A DNA stretch of 64,000 bases, from the NCBI GenBank assembly GCA_963828495.1, contig CAWHFJ010000009.1, positions 170,338 through 234,337 of the forward strand, written 5' to 3'. Each line of letters begins with the position of its first letter. Within the stretch, counting starts at the first letter, position 1. The stretch is from Candidatus Omnitrophota bacterium (GTDB taxonomy: Bacteria; Omnitrophota; Gorgyraeia; Zapsychrales; Fredricksoniimonadaceae). The notes below the pieces were generated by a model. That model did no database searches. It worked only from the letters and a program-made list of their open reading frames with translations, and was not told where the DNA came from. Position numbers and translations under genes: made by a program. This document shows positions 19,037 to 27,923 of this stretch, in pieces.

Positions 19037-20108
19037 TAACAGCCCCTCCTAAAACCACATCACCGTCGTAAAAAACCACCGACTGGCCCGGGGTGACGGA
19101 CTTCTGCGGCACCATAAATTCCACGCGCAGCGTATTTTTATTGACAAGTGTCACATACGCCTTGACTTCAGGAGAATTATAGCGGATTCTAGCATTAACT
19201 TCTATGGTTTCTTGAGGAATTTCCATGCTCACCCAATTGAGCCCTGAGGCCATCAGACCGCTGGCATATAACCGGTCCAAGTGACCGACATGCACCGTAT
19301 TGGTTATAGGATCGATTTTATAGACATACACAGGAAATCCCAGGGCCAATCCCAATTGATCGCGCTGACCGATGGTGTAGTTGGCCAAGCCTTTATGCCG
19401 GCCTATAACTTTGCCTGTTTCATCTACAAAATCCCCCGGCCTCATCACTTCAGGGCCCATCCGCTCCTCGATAAATTTTTTATACCCGCCGGCCGGCACA
19501 AAGCAGATGTCCTGACTTTCGGGTTTCTGGGCAGTGTTAAGTGCGAATTGATGCGCCAGCTTGCGCACTTGGGATTTTTTCAAACCGCCCAAAGGAAACA
19601 ACACCGAGGGTAAAGTCTCTTTTTTCATGCTGTATAAAAAATAGGACTGGTCTTTGGCGGCATCCGCGGCCTTCTTTAATTCATAGCCGCCCCGCATGGC
19701 GTTAAATTCGATCTTGCCATAATGGCCCGTGGCTAAATAATCTGCTCCCAGGGACTTGACTTTCTCAAAAAGCGTACCGAATTTCAAGTAGTGGTTGCAG
19801 CGCACACAGGGATTGGGCGTGCGCCCTTGTAAATACTCCTCGGTGAAATTATCAATGATGTGCTCATCGATATCATGGGCAAAATCGAGCACACAATGCG
19901 GTATATGAAGTATGTCGGCGGCACTCATCGCATCCGCGATACCGTCAATACCGCAACAGGACGCTTTACAGTCATCACGCATAATATTAAAATTCATCGT
20001 CACGCCGATAGTATTATACCCGGCCTCTTTGATAAGGGCGGCCGCCACCGAAGAGTCCACGCCTCCGCTCATAGCGACATAAACTGTGATGTCTTTATTT
20101 TTCTTCAT
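19017..20108 (-). CDS. mnmA: tRNA 2-thiouridine(34) synthase
   Basis: PP-loop VAMSGGVDSSVAA. The 363-aa length and conserved Cys positions fit the MnmA layout. Confidence 0.9.
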   Translation of the reverse strand: MKKNKDITVYVAMSGGVDSSVAAALIKEAGYNTIGVTMNFNIMRDDCKASCCGIDGIADAMSAADILHIPHCVLDFAHDIDEHIIDNFTEEYLQGRTPNPCVRCNHYLKFGTLFEKVKSLGADYLATGHYGKIEFNAMRGGYELKKAADAAKDQSYFLYSMKKETLPSVLFPLGGLKKSQVRKLAHQFALNTAQKPESQDICFVPAGGYKKFIEERMGPEVMRPGDFVDETGKVIGRHKGLANYTIGQRDQLGLALGFPVYVYKIDPITNTVHVGHLDRLYASGLMASGLNWVSMEIPQETIEVNARIRYNSPEVKAYVTLVNKNTLRVEFMVPQKSVTPGQSVVFYDGDVVLGGAVIDTAIP

Positions 20109-20259
20109 ATTGTGTATTGTATTGGACCGTTTCCACCGGGGCCTTAGAGCCTCATCAGGTTACAGCGGAACTGTCCCCCATCCATTTTATCAATCACGGG
20201 GACACTTCCATCATAAGTGGCTGGCATATAAGAGGATGTTTGGAAACGGTCCAAGTTTC

Positions 20260-21585
20260 TCAAGTTCCTGTTTCTTCTATCGCTCTATATGTTGCCATCA
20301 ACAGGAAATCTAACTCCTCGATAGATATGCTTAAAGGGGGCATCAGCACGATGACATTGCCCAACGGCCTCAAAATAACCCCGTATTTGCGCACGGCCTG
20401 ACAGACTTTTGTGCCCACGCGGTCTTCCCAAACGCCTTTAAGCTCAATCCCCGCCATAAAACCCCTCTGGCGTACATCGACGACAGAAGACAAATTATAA
20501 AATATTTTAAGTTTTTTAGCTAAGAATTTTATCTTGGGACCAAGTTTGATCAACGTGCGCTCTTTTTGAAAAACATCAAGATTGGCCAACGCCGCGGCAC
20601 AGCTCAGCGGATTGCCGGTATAGGTGTGCCCATGAAAAAAAGTTTTTTGACACGTGTAATCAAACACAAAACCATCATAGACCTTCTGGGTAGTCAATGT
20701 GGCCGCCAGAGGTAAATACCCACCGGTGATGCCTTTGGCTAAACACAAAAAATCCGGCCTTACCCCTTCATGCTGACAGGCAAACATTTTGCCGGTACGC
20801 CCGAAACCCGTAGCTACTTCATCGACGATAAGAAATACTTTGTACTTTTGAGTTAACCGGCGCATCTTTTTAAGCGCGCCCTCGGGCCACATCAACATGC
20901 CTGCGGCTCCCTGCACTAACGGCTCCACCACTAAAGCGGCGATATTTTTGCCTTGTGTTTTAAGCAGCTTCTCCAAATCTTCAACCGCTCTGCCCCCATG
21001 ACCTTTGAGAGTCACCGTCTTAAAAATCAGGCCGCGATAAACTTTGTGAAACAAATCAATGCCGCCGATACTGACTGAACCCAGGGTGTCCCCATGGTAA
21101 GAATCGCTCAAATGGACAAGCCCTGTTTTTTGGCTTTGCCCGGTGTTTTGCCAGTATTGATAGGCCATCTTGATGGCAATCTCGACCGCTGTAGACCCAT
21201 TATCGGAATAAAATACTTTTTTCAAGCCCTGGGGTGCGATATCCACCAAACGTCTGGCCAATGCCACCGCCGGGGTATTAGATAAGCCTAACAAAGTTGA
21301 GTGGCTGACCTTATCGATTTGCTTCTTGATGGCCTTATCGATGGCCGGATGGCGATGGCCATGGACATTGACCCATAAAGAGGAAACACCATCCATGTAG
21401 ATGGCCCCGTCGATATCTTTGAGATAAATACCGTCGGCTGAGTCAATGATCAAAGGCTCATCCTTCAGCCAATCCTTCATCTGGGTAAAAGGATGCCAGA
21501 TATATTTTTTATCCCATTGTTTTAAATGTCTGTTAAGGATTCCCGCTTGCGCGGGAATGACAGGGAATTTATGAGATTTTGACAT
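20260..21585 (-). CDS. bioA: Adenosylmethionine-8-amino-7-oxononanoate aminotransferase
   Basis: Class-III aminotransferase motifs (YIWHPFTQ, DEVATGFGRTGKMFA) in a bio cluster. The only in-frame ATG upstream of WHPF lies beyond the hairpin repeat, so the N-terminus (..VIPAQAGIL..) is repeat-encoded. Confidence 0.85.
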   Translation of the reverse strand: MSKSHKFPVIPAQAGILNRHLKQWDKKYIWHPFTQMKDWLKDEPLIIDSADGIYLKDIDGAIYMDGVSSLWVNVHGHRHPAIDKAIKKQIDKVSHSTLLGLSNTPAVALARRLVDIAPQGLKKVFYSDNGSTAVEIAIKMAYQYWQNTGQSQKTGLVHLSDSYHGDTLGSVSIGGIDLFHKVYRGLIFKTVTLKGHGGRAVEDLEKLLKTQGKNIAALVVEPLVQGAAGMLMWPEGALKKMRRLTQKYKVFLIVDEVATGFGRTGKMFACQHEGVRPDFLCLAKGITGGYLPLAATLTTQKVYDGFVFDYTCQKTFFHGHTYTGNPLSCAAALANLDVFQKERTLIKLGPKIKFLAKKLKIFYNLSSVVDVRQRGFMAGIELKGVWEDRVGTKVCQAVRKYGVILRPLGNVIVLMPPLSISIEELDFLLMATYRAIEETGT

Positions 21586-22232
21586 TGGCGTAAAATATTC
21601 TTTCGATTTAATGCTTTTAAATACGGAATAATGCCAAGCACCCTCACCCCGGATAATTTTTCTATTTCCTGAGGATTCGTGCGCTGGGGCAAATTTTTAA
21701 TTCCAGGCTTAGTCTGACAAAATATCAAGCCCTTGATCACCAATCCCCGCCTTTGGACCTCATTAATCGTCAACAAGGCATGATTAATCGTACCTAAACC
21801 CAATCGGGCAACGATAATCACCTGGGCTTTCAAATCAGCGATTAAATCCGCATTATAATAACGGTTTGTCAGCGGCACCATGACGCCGCCGGCACCTTCT
21901 ATTAAAACAATATCGTGACGCGCGCAGAGCTTTTTCAAACAATCTTGCAGGCGCCTTTTATCAAACTTAATCCCGGCACGACGAAAAGCCAGATGGGGCG
22001 ATAGTGGCTCTGGGGCATAAAAAGGATTGATCCATTTTAAATCATCTTTAATCCCTAAAGCCTTTTTAAGAAATAGCGCATCCCTCCCGGCGCATTGGAC
22101 AGGTTTCATGATCCCAACATCATAGCCTCGGGCTTGAAGTATAGTCGCCAAACACAAGGTGGCCACCGTCTTGCCTACACCTGTATCCGTCGCTGTAATG
22201 AAAATGACTTTACTTTTTGGCATAAACCCCAA
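21522..22232 (-). CDS. bioD: Dethiobiotin synthase
   Basis: P-loop TDTGVGKT and IEGAGG. The last ~12 codons are encoded by the hairpin repeat. Confidence 0.85.
   Translation of the reverse strand: MGFMPKSKVIFITATDTGVGKTVATLCLATILQARGYDVGIMKPVQCAGRDALFLKKALGIKDDLKWINPFYAPEPLSPHLAFRRAGIKFDKRRLQDCLKKLCARHDIVLIEGAGGVMVPLTNRYYNADLIADLKAQVIIVARLGLGTINHALLTINEVQRRGLVIKGLIFCQTKPGIKNLPQRTNPQEIEKLSGVRVLGIIPYLKALNRKNILRQCQNLINSLSFPRKRESLTDI
21537..21561. repeat. 25-nt hairpin repeat, copy 4 (GGATTCCCGCTTGCGCGGGAATGAC)
   Basis: Lies inside the 64-nt overlap of the bioD 3' end and the bioA 5' end. It is translated as ..SFPRKRES.. in bioD and ..VIPAQAGI.. in bioA. Confidence 0.85.
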
Positions 22233-22980
22233 TCACCTCAAAAGTGGCCCCAATCCCCTGAAGATAAGGAAATTTCTCACGATAAATTAAGGCCGCCCTG
22301 GATATAACATCTGCGCCCAGGTAACCTTCACGCGGAAGATGCGGAGCGCCGATAGCCTTAAACCAGGTTATCAATGCATGCATGTCTTTAAACTCCATTT
22401 TAATCTGCCGGCCATCAACTATGAAATTTTTAAATCCGCTACTGATAAGTGCTTCACGAACTTTGAGTTGATCAGGCAGTCGAACAAATTGGAACGCTTC
22501 TCCTCTCGCCTCATCTAGGGATTGAAATAATTCCTGGCAAGTAGCATAACCAAAAAGCGTACACGCCAACATACCGTCGGGCCTTAAAACCCTCCTAACT
22601 TCAAAAAAAGTATGCGCTAGATCTTCAGCCCATTGATAAGCTAAATTGGAAGTTGTCAGGTCAAAACACCCGCTAGAAAACGGCAGTTGATTACCATCCG
22701 CCAGGATCCAGTGAATAGCCTCATGCCTCAAGCGAGCGACCTCAAGCATCCCCTGAGCAAAATCAAGGCCGATGACCTTGCACTTGGGCCAATGTCCTTT
22801 GAGTTTGCCCGTCAAATAACCCGTACCGCAACCCACATCTAACAGCGCTGACGGAGGAGAGCCTTTGATCACTTGGGCCAAAAGCCTATCGGCTATTTTC
22901 CTGTGCAGGCCGGAGAAAAGATCATACTGCCCGGCTGATTCGCTAAATCCTCGTTGTATTTTATTTAATGTCTGTTGCAT
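22210..22980 (-). CDS. bioC: Malonyl-ACP O-methyltransferase (BioC-like class I SAM methyltransferase)
   Basis: Motif I LDVGCGTGYLT, 256 aa, positioned between bioH-like and bioD. Confidence 0.75.
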   Translation of the reverse strand: MQQTLNKIQRGFSESAGQYDLFSGLHRKIADRLLAQVIKGSPPSALLDVGCGTGYLTGKLKGHWPKCKVIGLDFAQGMLEVARLRHEAIHWILADGNQLPFSSGCFDLTTSNLAYQWAEDLAHTFFEVRRVLRPDGMLACTLFGYATCQELFQSLDEARGEAFQFVRLPDQLKVREALISSGFKNFIVDGRQIKMEFKDMHALITWFKAIGAPHLPREGYLGADVISRAALIYREKFPYLQGIGATFEVIGVYAKK

Positions 22981-23773
22981 ACAAGAAATCTGCTAATAAT
23001 CGGTTATACTCTTGAGCCTTAACTAAAAACGGCAAATGCCCGCATCCGTCGATAAAATCAAATCCGGCATGAGGCGTATGTGCCGCCACCCAATCCATGA
23101 CCCTACGCGGACAAATATAATCCTCTGATCCCGTAATAAACTGCAGCGGACAGACAACCGTACTCAGACAATCGCGCAGATCCGCCTTTCCCAAAATATC
23201 TAAAAAATGCTTCAGCGCCTCGCGCTGCGGATACGGCTCCGTCTGCCGCAAATCCTTAATCCATCGGAAACGATCGCTTTGACGTTCTTGTGTAGTAAAC
23301 AAAGAACGGAAAAAAATATCCAGGATGGAGGCACAATTTCCGTCGAATTGACCGCTAAGAGTCCGAATGGCGTCCATATCCAAACCCGCCGGATAATTGT
23401 CTGTGCGGGCAAATTTGGGTATGGAGCCCACCAACGACATGCGCCTAATAGCCTCAGGTATCGTGCGGTAAAGCTCAAGTGCCACCAAGCCGCCCAGGGA
23501 AGAGGCCACGACGGTAACTTGAGAAAGCCCAAGGCTGTTTAAAATTTGACGGATATCATCTGCCATTTCCGTCAATGTCAACGGCATCCAGGAGCTTTGT
23601 CCATGCCCGGGCAAATCCAGTACGAGTACCTGATAATCCGTATGTAAAAAATCTTTTTGGGCCTGCCACCAGCAGCCAGATGCGCCAAATCCGTGGATCA
23701 ATACCACCGCCTCACCCGTCCCAAAGATTTCCCCCTGCCAGTTTACCCCCCGATGTGTCTTAAAAAAAGGCAT
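22961..23773 (-). CDS. Alpha/beta hydrolase, probable pimeloyl-ACP methyl ester esterase (BioH-like)
   Basis: VLIHGFGAS, nucleophile elbow ASSLGG and C-terminal GCGHLPF, in bio operon context. Confidence 0.65.
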   Translation of the reverse strand: MPFFKTHRGVNWQGEIFGTGEAVVLIHGFGASGCWWQAQKDFLHTDYQVLVLDLPGHGQSSWMPLTLTEMADDIRQILNSLGLSQVTVVASSLGGLVALELYRTIPEAIRRMSLVGSIPKFARTDNYPAGLDMDAIRTLSGQFDGNCASILDIFFRSLFTTQERQSDRFRWIKDLRQTEPYPQREALKHFLDILGKADLRDCLSTVVCPLQFITGSEDYICPRRVMDWVAAHTPHAGFDFIDGCGHLPFLVKAQEYNRLLADFLYATDIK

Positions 23774-23775
23774 CC

Positions 23776-24928
23776 TTATATTGTCCTTAACGCCTGAAGT
23801 AATCGATCACAATCGCTTCTAGTATGCGCTGCCGTCACAGTCAGGCGCAACCTCGCGGTATTGACCGGCACCGTCGGAGGACGAATGGCCTGTACAAAAA
23901 TGCCCTGCTTTAATAAATGCTGGGAAAAGGCGAGGGCCCTAACCGGATCTTTGACTAAAATGGGTATAATGGGCGTCGTTGAATTCATCGTGTCAAACCC
24001 CATGGCTTTGAGCTCTCGATGCAGATAATTCGCATTGTCCTTTAATTGACGGCGCAATTGATTGTCCTGACGGATAATTTGCAAAGCCACACAAGCGACC
24101 TGGGCCAACGCCGGCGGCATGGCTGTGGTGTAAATAAACGCGCGGCTTTTATTAATCAAATACTCCCGTAAAATTTTTGTGCCGCACACATAAGCCCCAA
24201 AACATCCCGCCGCCTTTGATAAAGTCCCCATCTGAATATCCACTTGGTCCTGTAACCCCAGCTCTTCGACCAACCCTCCCCCCTGAGCCCCCAGAACGCC
24301 CATGGCATGCGCCTCATCAACCATCACCATGGCCTCATAACAACGGGCTAAATCCACGATTTCTTTAAGCGGCGCTTTGTCGCCGTCCATGCTAAAAACC
24401 GTATCCGTCACGATTAATTTGCGCTTAGACGGATTTAAATGCTTTAAAATTTCTTCCAACGCCTGAATATCCGCATGGCGGATAACGCTGCAGTTTGGCA
24501 CGACTTAAAATGATCCCGTCGATAATAGACGCATGGTTTAATTTGTCACTCAAGACAATATCATCGCGCCCCATTAAAGCTGAAATAATGCCTGTATTGG
24601 CCATGTATCCGCTCGAGAATACTAATGCGCTTTCAGTATTCTTAAAAATAGCTAACTCTGCCTCCAGTTTTTCGTGTGGAGCCATATTGCCGCAAATTAA
24701 CCTTGACGCTCCTGCCCCTAACCCATACCGTTGGATCGCCTCCAGTGCGGCACTCCTGATACGCGGATCGTTGGCCAAACCCAAATAATCATTCGAAGAA
24801 AAATTCAACACCCTTTGACCATTAAGCACAATTTCCCGACCCTGAGGAGAATCCACCCTTTTAAGAGAACGCCTTAATCCCATCTTCTGCATGTGTGCCA
24901 AATCTTTTTCTAAAAAAGAGGTGTTCAT
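23776..24928 (-). CDS. bioF: 8-amino-7-oxononanoate synthase, split by an apparent 1-nt insertion at 24480-24481
   Basis: N-part ORF 24425..24928 (SSNDYLGL..NHASIIDGIILSRAKLQRY) and C-part ORF 23776..24501 (RHADIQALEEIL..DEAHAMGVLG..GTLSKAAG). Removing one C from TATCCGCC gives ..QRYRHADIQ.. in one frame. Confidence 0.8.
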
Positions 24929-25881
24929 CGCAATAAAAGAATATCCCCGGCCGTTTTTTTGATAATGACCCCGTTATCTTTGCGGATCAAAAGCGCCCCG
25001 TCTTCGTCCAAATCAACAGCTTCCCCCTCAATAGTGCCGGTAGGGTCTGTTAATCTCAAGCGCTTGTTAAGGGTGGATGAACGTTCTTTCCATGCGTCCG
25101 TAATCTCGGCAAGATCATGATGTAAAAGTTTGATATACCACTTCTCCAGAGAGCGCAAGATGGCCTGAAAAACTTCACTACGGTCAAAACTGCGGCCCGC
25201 GGCCATTTTCAAAGAACTTGCCCCTTCAACTAACTGGTGCGCCGATGCATTGATATTAAGGCCTATGCCGACGACCACAAATTTAACCTGATCAGATTCC
25301 GCGCGTAACTCCGTCAAAATACCCGCCAGCTTACGCCCTTCCCAAAAGAGGTCATTCGGCCATTTAATCGAAAGCTTTAAGTCACTAACACTTTCAACCG
25401 CTTCTGCCAAAGCTACTGCTGACATTAATGTCAATAGGGCCAGTTGATTAAGCGGCAGGTTAGGACGCAAAACACAAGAAAAATATAATCCTTTAGCTTT
25501 GGGCGAAATCCAGACACGCCCCAGGCGTCCGCGGCCTTTGGACTGGGTTTCCGCGCAAACCACCGCCCCCTCACAACAGCCCTCCACGCCTAAACGAAAG
25601 GCTTCGTCCATGGTGGATGCCACCGTATCCATAACAATAATATTTTTACCGATAATTTTTGTGTTAAGACCCAATTGAATTTCAAAAGCACGAAGTTTAT
25701 CGGGGCTTGCGACCAACCGATAGCCTAAATGAGGGACCGCGGTGATTTCATAGCCTTGGCTGCGTAACTCCTGCATATGCTTCCAGATGGCCGCCCGGGA
25801 AATATTAAGCCGCTGGCTGATTTCCTCACCGGAAATATACCCGTTGCTTTCTTTCAAAAATTGAATGATGCGTTCTTGCAT
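24925..25881 (-). CDS. birA: Bifunctional biotin operon repressor / biotin-[acetyl-CoA-carboxylase] ligase
   Basis: N-terminal HTH (ISGEEISQRLNISRAAIWKHMQELRSQGYEI) and biotin-binding GRGRLGRVW. ATGA overlap with bioF. Confidence 0.9.
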   Translation of the reverse strand: MQERIIQFLKESNGYISGEEISQRLNISRAAIWKHMQELRSQGYEITAVPHLGYRLVASPDKLRAFEIQLGLNTKIIGKNIIVMDTVASTMDEAFRLGVEGCCEGAVVCAETQSKGRGRLGRVWISPKAKGLYFSCVLRPNLPLNQLALLTLMSAVALAEAVESVSDLKLSIKWPNDLFWEGRKLAGILTELRAESDQVKFVVVGIGLNINASAHQLVEGASSLKMAAGRSFDRSEVFQAILRSLEKWYIKLLHHDLAEITDAWKERSSTLNKRLRLTDPTGTIEGEAVDLDEDGALLIRKDNGVIIKKTAGDILLLR

Positions 25882-25889
25882 ATAAGCAG

Positions 25890-25944
25890 ATTATAAACCA
25901 ACGCTGGAAGGATTGTCAACTACGATGGTAATTGAAGTTTACAA
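25890..25944 (-). promoter_or_regulatory. Consensus sigma70 promoter overlapping a bioO-like BirA operator
   Basis: Minus strand reads TTGTAAAC (25944-25937), a 16-nt spacer, then GTTGACAA (25920-25913), an inverted repeat with 7 of 8 positions matching. TTGACA (25919-25914), an 18-nt spacer and TATAAT (25895-25890) form the promoter. The -10 box ends only 8 nt before the birA ATG and there is no SD. Confidence 0.6.
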
Positions 25945-25962
25945 TAAAATACCAATGAAAAA

Positions 25963-26046
25963 TGCCAAGGGAGGGAGTTGAACCCTCACGGCCGTGAGAC
26001 CACTGGTTTTTGAGACCAGCGCGTATACCAGTTCCGCCACCTTGGC
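25963..26046 (-). tRNA. tRNA-Leu (anticodon CAA)
   Basis: Cloverleaf read by hand. Acceptor GCCAAGG/CCTTGGC, anticodon arm CTGGT-CTCAAAA-ACCAG, long variable arm and T-loop GGTTCAACTCC. CCA is not encoded. Confidence 0.85.
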
Positions 26047-26060
26047 AAAAAAATCAAAAG

Positions 26061-26134
26061 TGGAGCTGAGGGGTATCGAACCCCTGACCTCTTCAATGCC
26101 ATTGAAGCGCTCTCCCAAACTGAGCTACAGCCCC
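26061..26134 (-). tRNA. tRNA-Ala (anticodon GGC)
   Basis: GGGGCTGTAGCTCAGTTTGGGAGAGCGCTTCAATGGCATTGAAGAGGTCAGGGGTTCGATACCCCTCAGCTCCA. It has the G3:U70 Ala identity pair and anticodon loop AT-GGC-AT. Confidence 0.9.
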
Positions 26135-26332
26135 AGATTACCACAGACTTGTCAAAATTATACCCCAGAAAAATCCGGGTGCTTGTGCAAATTACCTTAA
26201 TTTTTTCCAGAAGAATTTGCCAGCACCCTAGCAATGTTTCTAAAGAGAAGCCAATATATCATCCCCACCCATTTTTGTCAAAAAATGAATCATCACCTTG
26301 CCAAGCATCACATTAAATGTTAAACTTTCAGC

Positions 26333-26896
26333 ATGAACAAAATTTGCGTTGTCTTTATCGCTTTATGCCTGTGGACCGCTACATTGAGTTTTGCCGATCA
26401 AGCCGAGCAAGTGATCACGCTCAAGGACGGCTCGCAAATCAGAGGTCAACTCTCAGGAATCGAAAACGGCGTGTATACCGTCAAAACGCCGATTATCGGG
26501 GACGTCCATGTAGCTGCCAGCGATGTCGCCAGTATCACCAATGGCGGCGCCACACCTGCTACCGGCATAGCTCAAAACAACGCCGGCAATGCTGCTGCCC
26601 TGCCTCAAACCGGCACCACTATTCCCATCACAGACCAACAAATCATGACCCAGCAACAAAATTTGATGGCTAATCCTCAAGCCGTGACTGTCCTGCAACA
26701 AATGGCCCAAGATCCTGAAATCATGCAAATCCTCTCTGATCCCGCTTTGATGCAGGCTGTCGCTGCCCACGATTATCAAGCCCTGCAAACCAACCCAAAG
26801 CTCCAGGAACTGATGAACAACCCCAAAATGCAGGCATTGTTACAAAAAATGGCAGCCGCCCAACAGCAGCAACAACAAAACACCTCTTCTCAATAA
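26333..26896 (+). CDS. Secreted protein with STI1/DP-like repeats and a Gln-rich tail
   Basis: Signal peptide MNKICVVFIALCLWTATLSFA and a small beta domain like that of 8992..9648. Then DPEIMQILSDPALMQAV..NPKLQELMNNPKMQALLQKM, which resembles Hop/Sti1 DP and ubiquilin STI1 motifs. Confidence 0.6.
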   Translation: MNKICVVFIALCLWTATLSFADQAEQVITLKDGSQIRGQLSGIENGVYTVKTPIIGDVHVAASDVASITNGGATPATGIAQNNAGNAAALPQTGTTIPITDQQIMTQQQNLMANPQAVTVLQQMAQDPEIMQILSDPALMQAVAAHDYQALQTNPKLQELMNNPKMQALLQKMAAAQQQQQQNTSSQ

Positions 26897-26904
26897 TATA
26901 TTCT

Positions 26905-27895
26905 TCAGCTCAACAGGGAAAGATGCCTTAACTGTCCGCAAGCTGCACCCACATCCTTGCCCCTCGGTGTACGGATAGTGGCATGAATACCGCCTGCCTC
27001 AAGGCTATTTCTAAACTTAATCATTTCTTGACGGTCAGGGGTCTTGGTAGTCAAATTCTGAAACGGGATTATAAGGAATAAGGTTCATCTTACAAATAAT
27101 CCCTTTAAAGGCTTTTCTAAGGCTTGCCACGGCATTTAGGGTGCACGTGACATCCTTAATGAGAATGTATTCAAAGGTGATCTGACGATGGGTTTTACGG
27201 ACATATTCACGGCAGGCCGCGATTAATTCATCAAACGGGTATTTCTTATTCACCGGCATTAATACATTCCTCGACGGATTATCATACCCGTGCAAGGAAA
27301 CAGCTAATTCCACCTGAAGCCCCTCTTGGGCCAATTCTTTAATTTTAGGCACAACTCCGACGGTAGAAATCGTCATGTGTCTGGCTCCGATATTCATCCC
27401 TTTATGGGAATTGATAATGCGAACGGCTTTCATCAAATGGACAAAGTTATCCAGAGGTTCTCCTGTTCCCATAAAAACAATATTAGTCAACGGCCTTTTA
27501 TGTTTCAACGCTTCTTCCTTAATATGTAAAACCTGGGTGACAATTTCCGCACAGGTTAAATTTCTACTCCAGCCGCCGATACCGCTGGCGCAGAATTTAC
27601 AGCCAAACTTGCAACCCGCCTGGGTTGAAATACAAGCGGTCGTGCGGGTTTCAGTCGGAATTAACACCGCTCTCGATCTTTTCATGATCCTGCAAATCAA
27701 AAAGGAATTTAGTGGTACCGTCCTCGGAGATGGCCTTTTGAGCAATCTCATTGGGTTTAAGAGAAAAACTTTCTTCAGGCGGTCCCTTAACTCTTGAGAG
27801 ACATTGGTCATCGCATCAAAATCCCAAGCCCCTCTTTTGTAAATCCACTGAAAAATCTGACCGGCACGAAAAGGCTCTGCGGCGATGGATTTCAA
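26905..27895 (-). pseudogene. rlmN: 23S rRNA/tRNA m2A methyltransferase RlmN carrying three apparent indels (pseudogene or assembly error)
   Basis: Radical-SAM motif GCKFGCKFCASG. The true C-terminus (KTPDRQEMIKF..RGKDVGAACGQL, stop 26905-26907) lies in another frame after ~27046. Codons between ~27669 and ~27774 are out of frame. The alternative frame reads ESFSLKPNEIAQKAISEDGTTKFLFDLQDHEKIES, the expected RlmN segment. Confidence 0.8.
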
Positions 27896-27923
27896 ATAAG
27901 CTTCCAGTTCTTCTAAGGATAGA

